Positions 16,694-26,049 of a stretch of DNA of 64,000 bases are shown in pieces; within the stretch, counting starts at the first letter, position 1, and the number at the start of each line of letters is the position of its first letter. A model generated the notes under the pieces. That model was not told the DNA's origin, made no database searches, and was given only the letters and a program-made list of their open reading frames with translations. Origin of the DNA: Dehalococcoidia bacterium (GTDB lineage: Bacteria > Chloroflexota > Dehalococcoidia > Lucifugimonadales > UBA3495); assembly GCA_965201145.1 (NCBI GenBank), contig CBDAVT010000002.1:841084-905083 (forward strand), in the 5' to 3' direction. Made by a program: the position numbers and the translations under genes.

Positions 16694-17887
16694 CTAATCC
16701 CTCCCCAATATGGCGGTGCCGCCGCTGTGTCGGGCGCCCAGAGAGCCGCCGGTACCGTGGCACAGGGCAATCCGGCAGTCAGGAACCTGGCGCGGGGTTC
16801 CGGCAAACTGTTGGCGAAGTTGGCGAGTGGCTTCCAGCAGCAGGAAAATACCCCGCATACCCGGATGGTTGGAGGACAGCCCGCCGCCGTCGGTGTTAAT
16901 CGGCAGCTTGTCCGGGTGGGCCGAGTCCACTTGCAGCCGCCCGCCGGAAACGAATTGGCCGCCTTCGCCTTTTTCGCAGAAGCCCAGGTCTTCCAGCGTC
17001 TCCACGACGGTAATGGTAAAGGAGTCGTAAATCATCGCCATGTCAATATCCTGGTGGGTAACCCCGGCCATGGCGAAGGCCGGTTCGTGGCTCTGCTTGG
17101 CGGCGATATACATCAAGTCCCGCTGGCCGGCCCCCTGGTGCGCGATGGCCTCCCCCACGCCCAGAACCCACACCGGGGTGTGGCGGCAGCTTCGGGCTAC
17201 CTCCGGCGAGGCTACTACCACCGCGCCGCCGCCGTCGGTGATGACGCAGCAGTCGGGCAGATGCAGGGGCGATGAAATCATCCGGGAGTTCACCACGTCC
17301 GCCACCGTTATCGGGTCGCGGAACAGGGCTTCGGGGTTCATCGAGGCGTGTTTGCGCATCGCTACCGCTACCTCGGCCAACTGTTCGGAAGTTGTGCCGT
17401 AAAGGTGCATATGCCGCTGGGCAATCATGGCGTAAAGACCCACGGTAGTCAGCCCGTAGAGCTCTTCAAAGCTGTCGGGGGACGGGTCCAGACGGGGGTG
17501 TCCGTAGCGACCCACGCCTCCGGTTCCCACCGAAACGCCCCCGGAACGAGCCTGGCTGCTGTAGGTGATGACGGCGCAGTTAATCCGTCCGGCGGCGATG
17601 GCGGTGAGGGCATGGGACAGGTGAAACTCAAAGGAACCGCCGCCTACAGTGGTGTTGTCCACATACTTGGGGTACATATTCAGGTAGTCGGCCAGGTTCA
17701 TTCCGCTGTTGCGGATGCTGCTGGAAGCGGTAAAGAGACCGTCCACGTCCTTTTTGGACAGGCCGGCGTCGGCCAGGGCCTGGATAACACTCTCACCTTG
17801 AATCTGCAACTCGCTTTTATCCGGCGCGTAGCGGGTAACGTGCTCGTGAATGCCCACGATGGCCGCGCCATGCTTAAGGTCAACCAT
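16694..17887 (-). CDS. Thiolase-family protein (SCP-x type)
   Basis: Thiolase fold with C-terminal CHGTGGSLG-type motif, about 397 aa, paired with DUF35. Confidence 0.85.
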   Translation of the reverse strand: MVDLKHGAAIVGIHEHVTRYAPDKSELQIQGESVIQALADAGLSKKDVDGLFTASSSIRNSGMNLADYLNMYPKYVDNTTVGGGSFEFHLSHALTAIAAGRINCAVITYSSQARSGGVSVGTGGVGRYGHPRLDPSPDSFEELYGLTTVGLYAMIAQRHMHLYGTTSEQLAEVAVAMRKHASMNPEALFRDPITVADVVNSRMISSPLHLPDCCVITDGGGAVVVASPEVARSCRHTPVWVLGVGEAIAHQGAGQRDLMYIAAKQSHEPAFAMAGVTHQDIDMAMIYDSFTITVVETLEDLGFCEKGEGGQFVSGGRLQVDSAHPDKLPINTDGGGLSSNHPGMRGIFLLLEATRQLRQQFAGTPRQVPDCRIALCHGTGGSLGARHSGGTAILGRD

Positions 17888-18061
17888 AATCGGAAAACCT
17901 CCAAAGGGGAGTTGGGTAAAGCAGGGCCATTATGCCATATTTGCGGGAATGGGGGTAGCTGAAATTGGCCGGGCAATGTTTACGGCAGTTCAATTAGGCT
18001 CGGACGGTCCCGGGCAGCTCAAAACCTGGCGCTTTTCGGTTTGGCTGGCTCTCGACCAAAC

Positions 18062-19183
18062 TCACCAAATCAGCATAGCGTCCCCGAAACTGTAAAAGCG
18101 GTAGCCCCGCTCAATAGCTTCGGCATAGGCGGACAGGATATTTTCCCGGCCGGCGAAGGCGGATACCAGCATTACCAAAGTTGAACGGGGCAGGTGAAAG
18201 TTGGTAATCATCCCGTCCACCAACCGGAATTGGTGGCCCGGCAGGATGAACAGGTCGGCTTGACCACTAACCGCCTTTAATGGTTCCCCATCGGCGATTC
18301 CGGAGTTGGCCCGGTCTCTCCCCACTTGTTCCAGAGTCCGAACCGACGTGGTTCCTACCGCAAATACGGGACGCCCTTCCCTTCGGGCCCGGGTCAAAGC
18401 AGCGGCGGTAGCGACGGGAAATTCATAGTACTCGGTGTGGATGGAATGTTCCGCCGGGTAGTCCTCGGAAACCGGCCGGAAGGTGTCCAATCCCACGTGC
18501 AGGGTAACAAAGACGGTCTCCACCCCCTTGGCGCGCAAGGCCGCCAGCAGTTCCGGCGTAAAATGCAGTCCGGCGGTAGGCGCGGCCACACTGCCCGGTG
18601 CGTTGGAATAAACCGTTTGGTACCGCTCCGGGTCTTCCAGTCGCCGGTGAATGTACGGAGGCAGAGGCATTTCGCCCAGCCGGTCAATTCCCGTCTCGAC
18701 CGATAATTTAACTCGCCGGATGCCCGCTTCCGCCACCGACAAAACCACAGCATCCACGGTTTCCGGCGCCGTCGCAATGCCGCTTCCCAGCGGCACGTCT
18801 TGACTTCCAGTTTCCCGGAGTATATCGCCGCTTCGGGAAATGTCACGCGCTTCTAGGGTCAAGACAGCCCCGGGGCGTAGCCGCCGGCCCGGTTTGCCCA
18901 AAGCCTGCCAAATGCCGGCCTCTTCCCGGCGCAGCAGTAGCAGTTCCACCCGTCCGCCCGAGTCCTTCCGCCGCCCGTAAAGGCGAGCCGGTATTACCCG
19001 ACTGCGGTTCAGCACTAGGACAGCGCCGGACGGGATCAGATTAAGGATGTCGGTAAACTGATGGTGCTCGATCCGTCCGGTATTTCGAGCCAGCGTCAGC
19101 AGGCGGGAGGAGTCCCGGGGTTCCGCCGGAGTTTGGGCGATTAAGTCCGGCGGCAGGTAGTAGTCAAAGTCATCGGTGCGCAT
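18062..19183 (-). CDS. queA: S-adenosylmethionine:tRNA ribosyltransferase-isomerase
   Basis: MRTDDFDYYLPPDLIAQTP..., GSVAAPTAGLHFT, TTSVRTLE, NFHLPRSTL. Confidence 0.95.
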   Translation of the reverse strand: MRTDDFDYYLPPDLIAQTPAEPRDSSRLLTLARNTGRIEHHQFTDILNLIPSGAVLVLNRSRVIPARLYGRRKDSGGRVELLLLRREEAGIWQALGKPGRRLRPGAVLTLEARDISRSGDILRETGSQDVPLGSGIATAPETVDAVVLSVAEAGIRRVKLSVETGIDRLGEMPLPPYIHRRLEDPERYQTVYSNAPGSVAAPTAGLHFTPELLAALRAKGVETVFVTLHVGLDTFRPVSEDYPAEHSIHTEYYEFPVATAAALTRARREGRPVFAVGTTSVRTLEQVGRDRANSGIADGEPLKAVSGQADLFILPGHQFRLVDGMITNFHLPRSTLVMLVSAFAGRENILSAYAEAIERGYRFYSFGDAMLIW

Positions 19184-19253
19184 GGAGGGCTAATATCCTG
19201 ACATTTCCGGTTGGGATAACTGCGGCGGCGAGCTTGGCGACAGCGCCAATCCG

Positions 19254-19667
19254 CTACCCGCCAATGAGGGCGGCTACGGCGCCGGCCGGGTCCTGAATTA
19301 CGCAGAAACTTTGGCCTCCCACATCCCGAGGGCCGTCCAGCACCTTCCCGCCCAGCTCCAGGCAGCGTTGGGCGCTCCGGTCAACGTCTTCCACCACGAT
19401 ATAGACCAGCCATTGCGGGGGAATATTTGCGTTTGCGCCCTTGGCGTGGCAAATTCCGGCAACGGTTTGGCTGCCGTCGGGCAATTGAATATTGTAGTCG
19501 TTATAGTCGCCCATATCGTGGTCAGTCCAGGTCCAGCCCACTACCTGACCGTAAAAGTCCCGCACCTCCGCAGCGTTGGGAACCGTCAGGTCTTGCCAGG
19601 CGATGCTGCCGGCCGGAGGAAGCTCAAATTCCTGGGGCTGTTCGTCGGTTTGCCTGAATTCGGTCAT
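19254..19667 (-). CDS. VOC/glyoxalase-family protein
   Basis: A single glyoxalase-like beta-alpha-beta-beta-beta module (WQDLTV..., WLVYIVVEDVD, GGQSFCVIQDPAGA). Start is uncertain: ATG 19667 or TTG 19697. Confidence 0.55.
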   Translation of the reverse strand: MTEFRQTDEQPQEFELPPAGSIAWQDLTVPNAAEVRDFYGQVVGWTWTDHDMGDYNDYNIQLPDGSQTVAGICHAKGANANIPPQWLVYIVVEDVDRSAQRCLELGGKVLDGPRDVGGQSFCVIQDPAGAVAALIGG

Positions 19668-19766
19668 GGCAACTGCTGCTCCACTAGCGAGTTTCAAGGA
19701 ACTGAGGACTACCGCCGGAATATAGCCGGGCCGGGCCAGCTCTGCCGGATATTGGCGCGGCGACCG

Positions 19767-20654
19767 CTAATGGCCGTGAATGCTAATTCGCGCCGCCGTC
19801 AGGGTATTAACCAGGAGCATGGCAATAGTCATCGGCCCGACGCCGCCGGGCACCGGGGTAATGGCCTCGGCTTTGGCGGATACGGGTTCAAAGTCCACAT
19901 CTCCCTCCAGCCGGTAGCCCCGGCGCCGGGTTGAGTCTTCCACCCGGTTGACTCCCACGTCAATAACCACTACCCCATCTTTAACCATATCGGCAGCTAT
20001 GGCGCGGGGCTGACCAATGGCGGCCACCAGAATATCGGCCTGGCGGGTAATCTCCGGCAAGTTGACAGTGCGGGTATGGGTAACTGTGACGGTGGCGTTG
20101 GAGCCTTCCCGGCGTTGCTGCAACAGAGTTGCCAGGGGTTTCCCTACAATATTGCTGCGGCCGCACACAACCACGTGCCGCCCAGCCGGGTCATAGCCGT
20201 AACGCAGGAGCAGCTGCTGAATCCCGGCCGGCGTGGCGGGAATGAAATCGGGGACGCCTTGCAGCAGCTTGCCCAGATTGAAGGGGTGGAGGCCATCTAC
20301 GTCCTTCGCCGGAGCCAGCGCCTCGATAATGACCGTCTCCTCAATCTGCGGCGGCAAGGGTAGCTGCACCAGAATGCCGTGGAACCGGGAGTCGGAATTG
20401 AGATTTCCGACTAATTCCAGCAGCTCTTCTACGGTGGTTTCGGCCCCCAGGTGGAAAATTTCACTGAACATCCCGGCTTCGGTACAGGCTCGGCCCTTGT
20501 TCCGCACGTAAATTGCGGAGGCCGGGTCGCCGCCCACCAACACTGCGGCCAGGCCGGGGGTTACGCCGTGCTTTTCCTGCATTTCCGCAACGCCGTCGGC
20601 CACTTCGGCGCGCACTTCCTGGGCTAAAGCGACTCCATCCAAAATCTTTGCCAT
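19767..20654 (-). CDS. folD: Bifunctional methylenetetrahydrofolate dehydrogenase/cyclohydrolase
   Basis: MAKILDGVALA..., LAAVLVGGDPAS..YVRNK, GILVQLPLP, VVVCGRSNIVGKP, PVPGGVGPMT. Confidence 0.95.
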   Translation of the reverse strand: MAKILDGVALAQEVRAEVADGVAEMQEKHGVTPGLAAVLVGGDPASAIYVRNKGRACTEAGMFSEIFHLGAETTVEELLELVGNLNSDSRFHGILVQLPLPPQIEETVIIEALAPAKDVDGLHPFNLGKLLQGVPDFIPATPAGIQQLLLRYGYDPAGRHVVVCGRSNIVGKPLATLLQQRREGSNATVTVTHTRTVNLPEITRQADILVAAIGQPRAIAADMVKDGVVVIDVGVNRVEDSTRRRGYRLEGDVDFEPVSAKAEAITPVPGGVGPMTIAMLLVNTLTAARISIHGH

Positions 20655-20754
20655 ACGACAAACTCTCCGACGTAAAGGTCAGGTTGGAATTTCGAGGAAA
20701 TTTTATCACGGCATAAGGTAGCTCTCAACGGAGCCCTTGACGGTACAGGGAAAA

Positions 20755-20805
20755 GCCCTCACCCCCGGCCCCTCTCTCTGAGAGAGAGGGGCCGGGGGTG
20801 AGGGC
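20755..20805. repeat. Perfect 51-nt GC-rich palindrome (25-nt arms)
   Basis: GCCCTCACCCCCGGCCCCTCTCTCT-g-AGAGAGAGGGGCCGGGGGTGAGGGC, in the divergent folD/21087 intergenic region. Related half-copies lie at 23548..23730. Confidence 0.9.
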
Positions 20806-21086
20806 GGTTGCTCACAATATCAGATTATACAATATCCAGCCAACCAGCAATTCATCGACTGCTTAAATTATATATCCTGTTTACCAATATTCCACATACG
20901 TAATTACGTAATATCACCCTTGCTGTAATCAATATTACACTTCAGCGCTGCCCTATCACCCCCTTACAATGATGTTATTGTATCCCTATTCCAAAGTCTG
21001 ATTATCTATTTGTGGCATAATCCTGTTGGCATACCCCACTTTACCTGATAGTATGTATCCATCATAACCCAGGAGAGAGAGAAAAT

Positions 21087-21773
21087 ATGTTGCACCTCAA
21101 CCGCAAAGGGCTCATCCCGGCCAGCATCGCCGGCGCCCTCCTCGCTTTGGCCCTCCTCTTCGGCCTGGCCTTCGCCAGCCCGGCCCGGGCCGACGCCACC
21201 CCCACGACCACCACGACCCTGGACTCCGCCATCGGCGCCGCCTCCGAATCGGACCTCACCGAAACGGTGGCCCTGCAGTGGAGCGACGGCGAGGAAGTTT
21301 CCGTGACCCTGACCCGGGTGGACGGCAAACCCACCTATGACCCGGACAGTCTGGTCCACGGGGCAGACACCACGGTCAAGATCGCCGATTACTGCTGCGA
21401 TTTCGACCAGAAGAGCATGACCTTCCGGCGGGCCGGTTTCGGCGATATGTGGATCAAGTGGTGGGCCGGCTACCCGGAACAGCGGAACTACGTGGCCTAC
21501 CGGAACCCGGACCCGCCGGCGGGCGTGAAGGGCCCCCAGGAATCGGCGGTGATTGAGCTGGACCTGGAATGGCTGGAAGGGACCAAGCTGGTGGTGCCGG
21601 TGTCCCAGCAGAACGGGAACCCGGAGATTGACGTGGACGCGGCCCGGGAGTCGATTCGGAACACCAGCGCGCGGATTCAGTGGGTGTTCTTCTCCTACAT
21701 GGAGGACTCGACCTTCGAGACCATCGTGGTGAAGAAGCAGTACGACCAGGGGAACTACGACCCATCTACCTGA
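21087..21773 (+). CDS. Secreted repeat protein, N-terminal part (signal peptide plus repeat 1; continues in another frame)
   Basis: AGGAGAG RBS. Signal peptide LLALALLFGLAFASPARA. A repeat unit (xLxWSDGEE...FRRAGFGD...) recurs in the next ORF and spans the frame break at 21761..21773. Confidence 0.75.
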   Translation: MLHLNRKGLIPASIAGALLALALLFGLAFASPARADATPTTTTTLDSAIGAASESDLTETVALQWSDGEEVSVTLTRVDGKPTYDPDSLVHGADTTVKIADYCCDFDQKSMTFRRAGFGDMWIKWWAGYPEQRNYVAYRNPDPPAGVKGPQESAVIELDLEWLEGTKLVVPVSQQNGNPEIDVDAARESIRNTSARIQWVFFSYMEDSTFETIVVKKQYDQGNYDPST

Positions 21774-23464
21774 CGGTGTACTACGACACGGAAGCGGGAC
21801 TGTACTACCAGATTCAGCGGCAGGATGCCAACAAGACGGTAACTGGCCAGTGGGGCGATGGGGAGGAGTTCTCCTTCCGGTTCTACCACGATGGGATGCG
21901 GCATTCGGAGCTGGCCTCGCAGAGCATCAGCCACGGGGAAGACACGGAAGCCACCTTCCGGTACCGGGTGCACCGCAACGGAGCGACGACCTTCAACTAC
22001 ATCCGGTTCGAGCGGCCGGGCTACGGGGACGCCCTCTTCGAGTGCACCTGGAACATCCACTGGGGCCTGTACTGCGATGAGCAGCGGAACCCGAACCCGC
22101 CCACTTCCCAGACGGACACGCCCATCACGTCCACCAGCGCCTTGCTGGAGTGGAGCGACGGGAAGCACATCAACGTGGACCTGCACCTGGACGACGACAA
22201 CAAGCTGACCTACAGCAACCTGACCCACGACAGCGCGGTAGCGGCGGAAACGACGGTAGAGTACCACGACAGCGGCTGGCTGGACCGGTACGAGAACTGG
22301 CGGTCGCTGGAGTTCCACCGGCCGGGTCAGAACGGCATGACCCTGAACTGGTACTACGATGCCGACTACGGCATCTACTACGAGATTGACTACAAGCCCA
22401 CTACCGAGACCTTGAGTTATGACTGGGCCGGTGGGGAAGTTTCGATGACCCTGACCTATGCCGATGGCAAGGTCACGGTGGACCCGGCCAGCATCAGCGC
22501 CCATTCGGACGCGGCCTACAGCACGGGCGGCAATGTCTGGGAACATCGGGCCAAAATGATGTTCTACCGGGAAGGGTACGGGATGCAGACCCTGTACGGG
22601 GTCTGGGACGACCGGCGGGGATTCTCGATCCGGCTGAACCATTACCCGGTGGGGCAGGTGTTCGGGCTGACCGAACCGACGGAGTTGATTCAGGAGTTCG
22701 CCGACCTGACCCTGGAGAATAGCGGAGAGCAGTCCCTGGACATGGCGGAGCATTTCAGCGGCGAGGGGCTGACCTACCAGGTGAAGGTAACTACTACCCA
22801 CAAGCGGACCGGGGTGGTGAAGATTGGGAACCTGAACGAGGTGGCCCGGAACAAGGTACGGGGGGAATGGGACGGCGAGGTCCTGACCCTGACCGACGGG
22901 GCTAAGGGCGACCACATCCTGCAGGTGGAAGTCATCGCCACCGATGGCGCCGGTGAATCGGCCAGCGACAGTTTCCAGTTGACCGTGGGCGGCGCGGCCG
23001 AACCGACCCCGGAGCCGACGCCCGAACCCACGCCGGAGCCGACGCCAGAGCCCACGCCGGAACCTACTCCGGAACCTACGCCGGAGCCGACGCCAGAGCC
23101 AACTCCGGAGCCGACTCCCGAGCCCACACCGGAACCTACTCCGGAACCCGCGCCGGAAAGGCCAGCGCTGAGCAACCCCTTCGGGGACATCGAACTCAGC
23201 CAGGGGGAGACCAGCGACCTGGACATGGCTAACCACTTCAGCGGCGACAACCTGACCTACGAGGTGATGGTAACCACCACCCACCAGAAGACCGGCAAGC
23301 TGGGTGAGATTGCCCGCAACAAGGTGTCGGGAAGCTGGAACGGGTCGGTGCTGACGTTGGAGGGCGGCAAGGCCGCCTCCCAGTACCTGACTATCCAGAT
23401 AATCGCCAGCAACGCGGCTGGAGAAGAAGCCAGCGGCTCCTTCACCCTGTCCCTGAAGAACTAG
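21680..23464 (+). CDS. Secreted repeat protein, C-terminal part (3 further ~110-aa repeats, 2 Ig/cadherin-like domains, EPTP linker)
   Basis: Repeats: VTGQWGDGEEFSFRFYH.., ALLEWSDGKHINVDL.., LSYDWAGGEVSMTLTY... Two homologous domains (DLTLENSGEQSLDMAEHFSGEGLTYQVKVTTTH / DIELSQGETSDLDMANHFSGDNLTYEVMVTTTH). The true continuation begins at ...PIYLTVYYDTEAGLYYQI (about 21762). Confidence 0.75.
   Translation: MGVLLLHGGLDLRDHRGEEAVRPGELRPIYLTVYYDTEAGLYYQIQRQDANKTVTGQWGDGEEFSFRFYHDGMRHSELASQSISHGEDTEATFRYRVHRNGATTFNYIRFERPGYGDALFECTWNIHWGLYCDEQRNPNPPTSQTDTPITSTSALLEWSDGKHINVDLHLDDDNKLTYSNLTHDSAVAAETTVEYHDSGWLDRYENWRSLEFHRPGQNGMTLNWYYDADYGIYYEIDYKPTTETLSYDWAGGEVSMTLTYADGKVTVDPASISAHSDAAYSTGGNVWEHRAKMMFYREGYGMQTLYGVWDDRRGFSIRLNHYPVGQVFGLTEPTELIQEFADLTLENSGEQSLDMAEHFSGEGLTYQVKVTTTHKRTGVVKIGNLNEVARNKVRGEWDGEVLTLTDGAKGDHILQVEVIATDGAGESASDSFQLTVGGAAEPTPEPTPEPTPEPTPEPTPEPTPEPTPEPTPEPTPEPTPEPTPEPTPEPAPERPALSNPFGDIELSQGETSDLDMANHFSGDNLTYEVMVTTTHQKTGKLGEIARNKVSGSWNGSVLTLEGGKAASQYLTIQIIASNAAGEEASGSFTLSLKN
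23000..23156 (+). repeat. Imperfect 12-nt tandem repeat encoding (EPTP)n linker
   Basis: About 13 units of GAR CCN ACN CCN encode EPTPEPTP...EPAP. Synonymous variation between units argues for protein-level constraint. Confidence 0.9.
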
Positions 23465-23547
23465 CCCAGCCCACGCGGCCCGGCTGGAAGGCAATGGCGA
23501 CAGACCCCAAGGCGGCCCCGCAAGACTGCGGGGCCGTTCCCTTTTCT

Positions 23548-23730
23548 GCCCTCACCCCCGGCCCCTCTCCCGCGAGGAGAGGGGAGAGTAGTTTCTTCCC
23601 CGTTGCTTGGGGGAGGGTGAGCGGCTGACTATTCCCGCTCGTCCGGGGCTGGTTCACCCTGGCCTATCCACCGTTACACCCTGAACAAGCTCACTCCTCT
23701 CCTCGCGGGAGAGGGGTCGGGGGTGAGGGC
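23548..23730. repeat. Split or related copies of the GC-rich palindromic element
   Basis: 23548..23584 (GCCCTCACCCCCGGCCCCTCTCC-cgcga-GGAGAGGGG) carries the full left arm. 23697..23730 (CTCTCC-tcgcg-GGAGAGGGGTCGGGGGTGAGGGC) carries the full right arm. The outer arms are complementary (1 mismatch) across about 110 nt. Confidence 0.75.
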
Positions 23731-23936
23731 TTGACCGAGTGGTGGGGTCATATTCCGCGTGGGGTACCGGATTAAACCGGAACTGTTTCGGGGCATTTTG
23801 CCCTCTGCCGGATGACGGGTAAAAGAATGCTTAATTTTAAGGAATTCGGTTTATTAGCGGTTTTTAGAAATTGATTGAGAGCATAGCGCCTTGCCCTAGA
23901 GTCTGAAATAGAATTTTAACGAATTGCGTAACAGTA

Positions 23937-23964
23937 TTGACTTAATCAACTTTTAAGCTAAAAT
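23937..23964 (+). promoter_or_regulatory. Candidate promoter (TTGACT-16-TAAAAT)
   Basis: Lies in an AT-rich stretch about 70 nt upstream of the GTG start of the SBP gene. Confidence 0.4.
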
Positions 23965-24033
23965 CATTTGCTAATTATCTGTACCAGATAATTGGAAATC
24001 ACAATCTTAATATATTTAGGAGGGACATACCAA

Positions 24034-25929
24034 GTGAGATTCAGGATTAGTGGCCGGCGGCGCCTGGGGCGCTGGTTGGTCGCATTAACTGCTATTACAT
24101 CCCTTTTCATTATCGCTTGCGGAGGCGCCGAGTCCCCTACCGCCGTACCACCCGCTGCATCTACCGACAGTCCGAGTTCCGCTGCTGAACCGGCGGCTCC
24201 GGCGACCACTGCCGCGGACTCCGGCTCGATGACCGATCCCGGGTCTATGACCGATTCCGGTAGTTCCGGTCAGAGCCCGGAACCGGCCATGTCGCCCACT
24301 AACACGCCGGTGCCTACGGTACAGCCCACGCCGCGTCCTACCGAGGCTATGGTAATGGCGGCCCGAGACGATGTTATCATCGTACTCAACGAGGAACCTT
24401 CCATCCCGGATCCCTGGATTAGTACCACCTTGTATCCCAATCAGGTAATCCATAACGTTGCCCAGCCAATCTCCTTCTTTGGCCCGGAGTTCACCGACAC
24501 GGCGACGGCCGGCTTTACCGGATTTGAACAGGTAGAGCCTAACGTCTGGCGGCTTTCCCTGCGGGAAGGCGTAACCTTCCATAATGGCGAGGCCTGGAAC
24601 GCCGAGGCGGCGGCCTATACCATCAACCAACTAGGCAGCAACGTCGAGTATCAGCCCTACTCCCAGGTGCGGGAAGCCCATGCTGATATCATCGACGACT
24701 ACACTGTGGACTTTGTCTGCACCAGCGCGGCCGGATGCCCGGTGCTGCCACGCTTTGGTCAGTTCCACGTTTTCGTCGCTCCCGGTTACCACCACGATGT
24801 ATCTCAGGAAGACCGGGACGCTTCAGGCGAGGTAATTGGTTGGGGGCCTTACCAGTGGAAAGAGTGGGTCCGTGGTGAATACATTGACCTGACCGCCAAT
24901 GCCGACTACGTGGAGCCTCAGCCGGTGAACTTTATCACCCAGGCGCCCTCCATCAAGGATGCCCGTTACATTTGGCGCGGGGAAGAGACCGTCCGCTCCG
25001 CTATGATCCAGACCGGCGAGGCCGACCTGTCCTGGGCGGTTTCCATCGACCAGGCCGAACCCATTAACAACAGTGAGCACGGCAAGACCGTCAAGGTGGT
25101 TTCCGGTGAGGTTTACACCATCAACGTCGATACTATCTGGCACCCGGAACTGCGGAAACTGGAAGTTCGGCAAGCCCTGACCCATGCCATCAACTGCGAA
25201 GAACTGGCTCTGGTCTTCTTTGGCCCCGAGTCCCGCTGCTCCAGCGGCCCCAACGGTATCCCCGGAACTTTGGGGGTAAACGAGGATAACTGGAAGCCTA
25301 TTTATACCTACGACCCGGATAAGGCCAGGGAACTGTTGGCTCAGGCCAATTACGATCCGGCCAACAAAATCCAGTTCTGGACCCGGGCCGGCCGGTACGC
25401 CAAGGACGTGGAGATTACCGAGTCCCTGATTACCTTCTGGCAGGAAGTGGGGTTGAACGTCGAGCCGCAAATCGTTGAAGGCAGCGTTTGGCGAGATCGC
25501 CACCTGACCGGCCCGGCCGCAACCTACGATGCGCAGATGGAAGCCGGCGCCACGTCAGAGGAAGCCGCCGCGGCCGTTCCCGAGAATGACCCGCCGCGCA
25601 CCGGAGCCTCCCCGGGACTGGTTTTCTTCGCTCCCGGCGGTGAGTACTTCGACTTCGGGCGGCAGATTAACTTCTACATGAGCTGCGCCGCCAACCGTTC
25701 CAAGAACTGCAACGCCGAGTGGCACGCCCTGGGCCAGCGGGCCTTGTCCGCCACCGGCGACGAGCGCCGCGAGCTGATGACCGAGGCTTACAATCTGTTC
25801 GCGACCAACTTGCTCCAGTTGCCCATGATGGAAATTGTCTCGGTCTGGGGCGTCAACAAGGACCTGGAGTTCGTCAATATGCCCGGCGGACGCCGCATCC
25901 TGATTAACACCATGACCTGGACGCAGTAA
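24034..25929 (+). CDS. ABC transporter substrate-binding lipoprotein, family 5 (peptide/nickel type)
   Basis: AGGAGGGA RBS plus GTG. Lipobox LFIIAC-GG. S/T/P-rich linker, then a family-5 SBP fold (about 500 aa). Confidence 0.85.
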   Translation: MRFRISGRRRLGRWLVALTAITSLFIIACGGAESPTAVPPAASTDSPSSAAEPAAPATTAADSGSMTDPGSMTDSGSSGQSPEPAMSPTNTPVPTVQPTPRPTEAMVMAARDDVIIVLNEEPSIPDPWISTTLYPNQVIHNVAQPISFFGPEFTDTATAGFTGFEQVEPNVWRLSLREGVTFHNGEAWNAEAAAYTINQLGSNVEYQPYSQVREAHADIIDDYTVDFVCTSAAGCPVLPRFGQFHVFVAPGYHHDVSQEDRDASGEVIGWGPYQWKEWVRGEYIDLTANADYVEPQPVNFITQAPSIKDARYIWRGEETVRSAMIQTGEADLSWAVSIDQAEPINNSEHGKTVKVVSGEVYTINVDTIWHPELRKLEVRQALTHAINCEELALVFFGPESRCSSGPNGIPGTLGVNEDNWKPIYTYDPDKARELLAQANYDPANKIQFWTRAGRYAKDVEITESLITFWQEVGLNVEPQIVEGSVWRDRHLTGPAATYDAQMEAGATSEEAAAAVPENDPPRTGASPGLVFFAPGGEYFDFGRQINFYMSCAANRSKNCNAEWHALGQRALSATGDERRELMTEAYNLFATNLLQLPMMEIVSVWGVNKDLEFVNMPGGRRILINTMTWTQ

Positions 25930-25962
25930 AACCTGACCTGACCTTTCAGGGTGCAACTCAAG

Positions 25963-25990
25963 GCCCCCGGACGCTTTGTCCGGGGGCTTT
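25963..25990 (+). terminator. Rho-independent terminator
   Basis: 10-bp GC stem GCCCCCGGAC-gcttt-GTCCGGGGGC followed by TTT, 34 nt after the SBP stop. Confidence 0.75.
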
Positions 25991-26049
25991 AGGTTCTAGG
26001 TATATACTCTGTGCTACAATTTACTAAAGTATCTTTTGGGAGATTCCAA

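Noticed and set aside
23000-23156. Regular short tandem repeat considered as a possible CRISPR-like or minisatellite array.
   Set aside because: The period is 12 nt with no spacers. It lies in frame inside a CDS and encodes an EPTP linker, so it is not a CRISPR array.
21755-23494. 579-aa minus-strand ORF, plus the GSGV-repeat ORF 22774..23250, antisense to the secreted repeat protein.
   Set aside because: This is the mirror image of the plus-strand gene. The GSGVGSGV run is simply the complement of the EPTP-coding repeat. There is no independent start or RBS support.
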